Source: Candidatus Saccharimonadota bacterium (GTDB lineage Bacteria > Patescibacteriota > Saccharimonadia > CAILAD01 > BJGX01). Taken from it: a stretch of 37,302 nucleotides of DNA. The stretch lies in NCBI GenBank assembly GCA_009691435.1, contig SICO01000003.1, positions 1 through 37,302 on the forward strand, written 5' to 3'. The position numbers and the translations under genes are program-made. This document shows, one piece after another, positions 36,801 to 37,302 of the stretch (position 1 is its first letter; every line of letters starts with the position of its first letter). Below the pieces are notes generated by a model. That model ran no database searches. It worked only from the letters and a program-made list of their open reading frames with translations, and was not told the DNA's origin.

Positions 36801-37302
36801 TTTGTGGCTCCCAGTCAGTATGCGGTTGCATTTCTAGATAATAATTTTCTTTTCCAAAAACTTTCTTATGCCACTTAGCAAGCTCCATAGCTTGCTCAAT
36901 TTGACCGCTACTAATGAGCGTCGCTAACTCCCCACCCAAGCAACCAGACAAAGCGATAAGCCCATCGTGGTATTGCTCTAATAGCTCATGATCAATACGA
37001 GGTTTATAATAAAACCCCTCTAGGCTAGCGATGGTGCTAAGCTTCAAAAGATTCTGATACCCACGCTTGTTTTTGGCAAGCAAAGTCAAATGGTAAGGGT
37101 TGCGGTCTTCGGCAGAATTCTTGTCGGTATGCTTACGGGGTGCAACGTAAGTTTCAATGCCAATAATTGGCTTTACCCCTCTTGCTTTACAATCCTTATA
37201 GAACTCTATACTCCCGCTTAGAGTTCCGTGGTCGGTGATTGCAACCGCTGCCTGCCCTAACTCTTGAACCCTATCTAATAATTGCGGAATTTTCTGCAAT
37301 CC
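33820..37302 (-). CDS. dnaE: DNA polymerase III alpha subunit, 5'-truncated by the window edge
   Basis: AITDHG PHP motif, GRGS, PDIDMD, KFDFLGL, GVFQLES, FNKSH; the frame stays open to the window end and the usual N-terminal HxH...SLLD is missing. Confidence 0.97.
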   Translation of the reverse strand, partial: GLQKIPQLLDRVQELGQAAVAITDHGTLSGSIEFYKDCKARGVKPIIGIETYVAPRKHTDKNSAEDRNPYHLTLLAKNKRGYQNLLKLSTIASLEGFYYKPRIDHELLEQYHDGLIALSGCLGGELATLISSGQIEQAMELAKWHKKVFGKENYYLEMQPHTDWEPQKKLNAALKEISKKLDIGLVATGDCHYATEADHYPHDILLCVQTGSNVKDTNRMRLDMDLSVQPGRFFMDRFKDTPEAIANTVKIAEMCNLEIEFGKILIPRFPSVPKGATEKSYLRSLVYLGAANRYTDIPKEDLDKITETKIRSKLSKIVLDRIESELKVIGKMGYEGYMLIVADLINWSKNRGIVCGPGRGSVAGSIIAYCTNITEIDPIKYGLLFERFLNIDRTSMPDIDMDYADDRREEVMAYATEKYGQDRVAQIITFGVMAARNAVRDTGRVLGVPYSEVDAIAKNIPPPVQGRHIPLGVSIAQNAELRAIYMGNPTAKEIIDIAMQLEGTIRNAGTHAAGVVIAPEALVEYTPLTRASKGGIATQYSMNPLEDLGLLKFDFLGLSNLTVIKNTLRIVKKVYKKDLKINDIPIDDKKTFELLSRGDTTGVFQLESAGMKRYLKELKPDKFEDIIAMGALYRPGPMQWIEDFINRKYKPELVTYGHPKMKEALMETYGIIVYQEQVMKIAQDLSGFTGGQADILRKGIGKKNPEVLAKMKKQFIDGAIKNSQVEKKFIEDLWKSLEDFAAYSFNKSHAACYALVAIQTAYLKSHYPSAFMAALLTSDHENLDRIGIEVAECRKMQIEVLPPDINESYREFAVVPESGNIRFGLGAVKNVGQGPIERIIGAREDGPFKSVEDFAKRVDASVVNKKVMESLIKCGAFDNLGERQRLLFNVDKITSYASRVQKNALSGQIDIFGSLSADQEVPPISMDNPTNRMDPRQNLVWEKELLGLYISNHPLDDFKNYLKNKTKEMKNYTKSDDGKQIVVGGIITSMRKIYTRKNDPMAFVVVETLNGDLEVIVFPKTFNKFEQALIVDNVVVIEGKINAKDRDGNPTNELKVIADKVKILDAEVMRKWLAPPEPKATLEQSNLTIKLASITDTDELIKIKALLDGHPGDSEVTLDFAKTNQKLKLPGGVAISDGLIAALKAIAGNTNIVVKTIIKA

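Noticed and set aside
33820-37302. Intein in DnaE (also checked RpoB, RpoC, RadA and ClpP)
   Set aside because: The YSFNKSH site is uninterrupted, lengths are normal and no splice motifs are seen

Overview
Core chromosomal region of a bacterium using genetic code 11, most likely a Patescibacteria/CPR member (Saccharibacteria-like; inferred from protein style, compact gene order and leaderless-type starts). Almost all genes are on the minus strand: a partial DUF4870-like gene, rpsJ, tuf, fusA, rpsG, rpsL, rpoC, rpoB, clpP, tig, an orphan, an SF2 helicase, tRNA-Leu(UAG), rsmD, a Zn-dependent PLC/S1-P1-fold protein, recG, tyrS, PIN/TRAM, radA, clpC, nusA, yraN, rplS and a partial dnaE. The plus strand carries a class A PBP and a 48-aa microprotein gene. 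No CRISPR array, transposase, integrase, intein or rRNA was seen. Most notable signals: (1) an unannotated Tyr-codon-rich 18-aa leader peptide in a structured tyrS leader, a candidate ribosome-mediated tyrosine sensor with no T-box; (2) an EF-G with both guanine-specificity motifs altered (G4 NKIN, G5 GGDGRG); (3) a degenerate copy of the tRNA-Leu 3' end whose T-loop holds an 84-nt structured insert; (4) a stand-alone 48-aa gene between clpC and radA; (5) resistance-type residues in S12 and RpoB; (6) many -10 boxes 6-10 nt upstream of the ATG.
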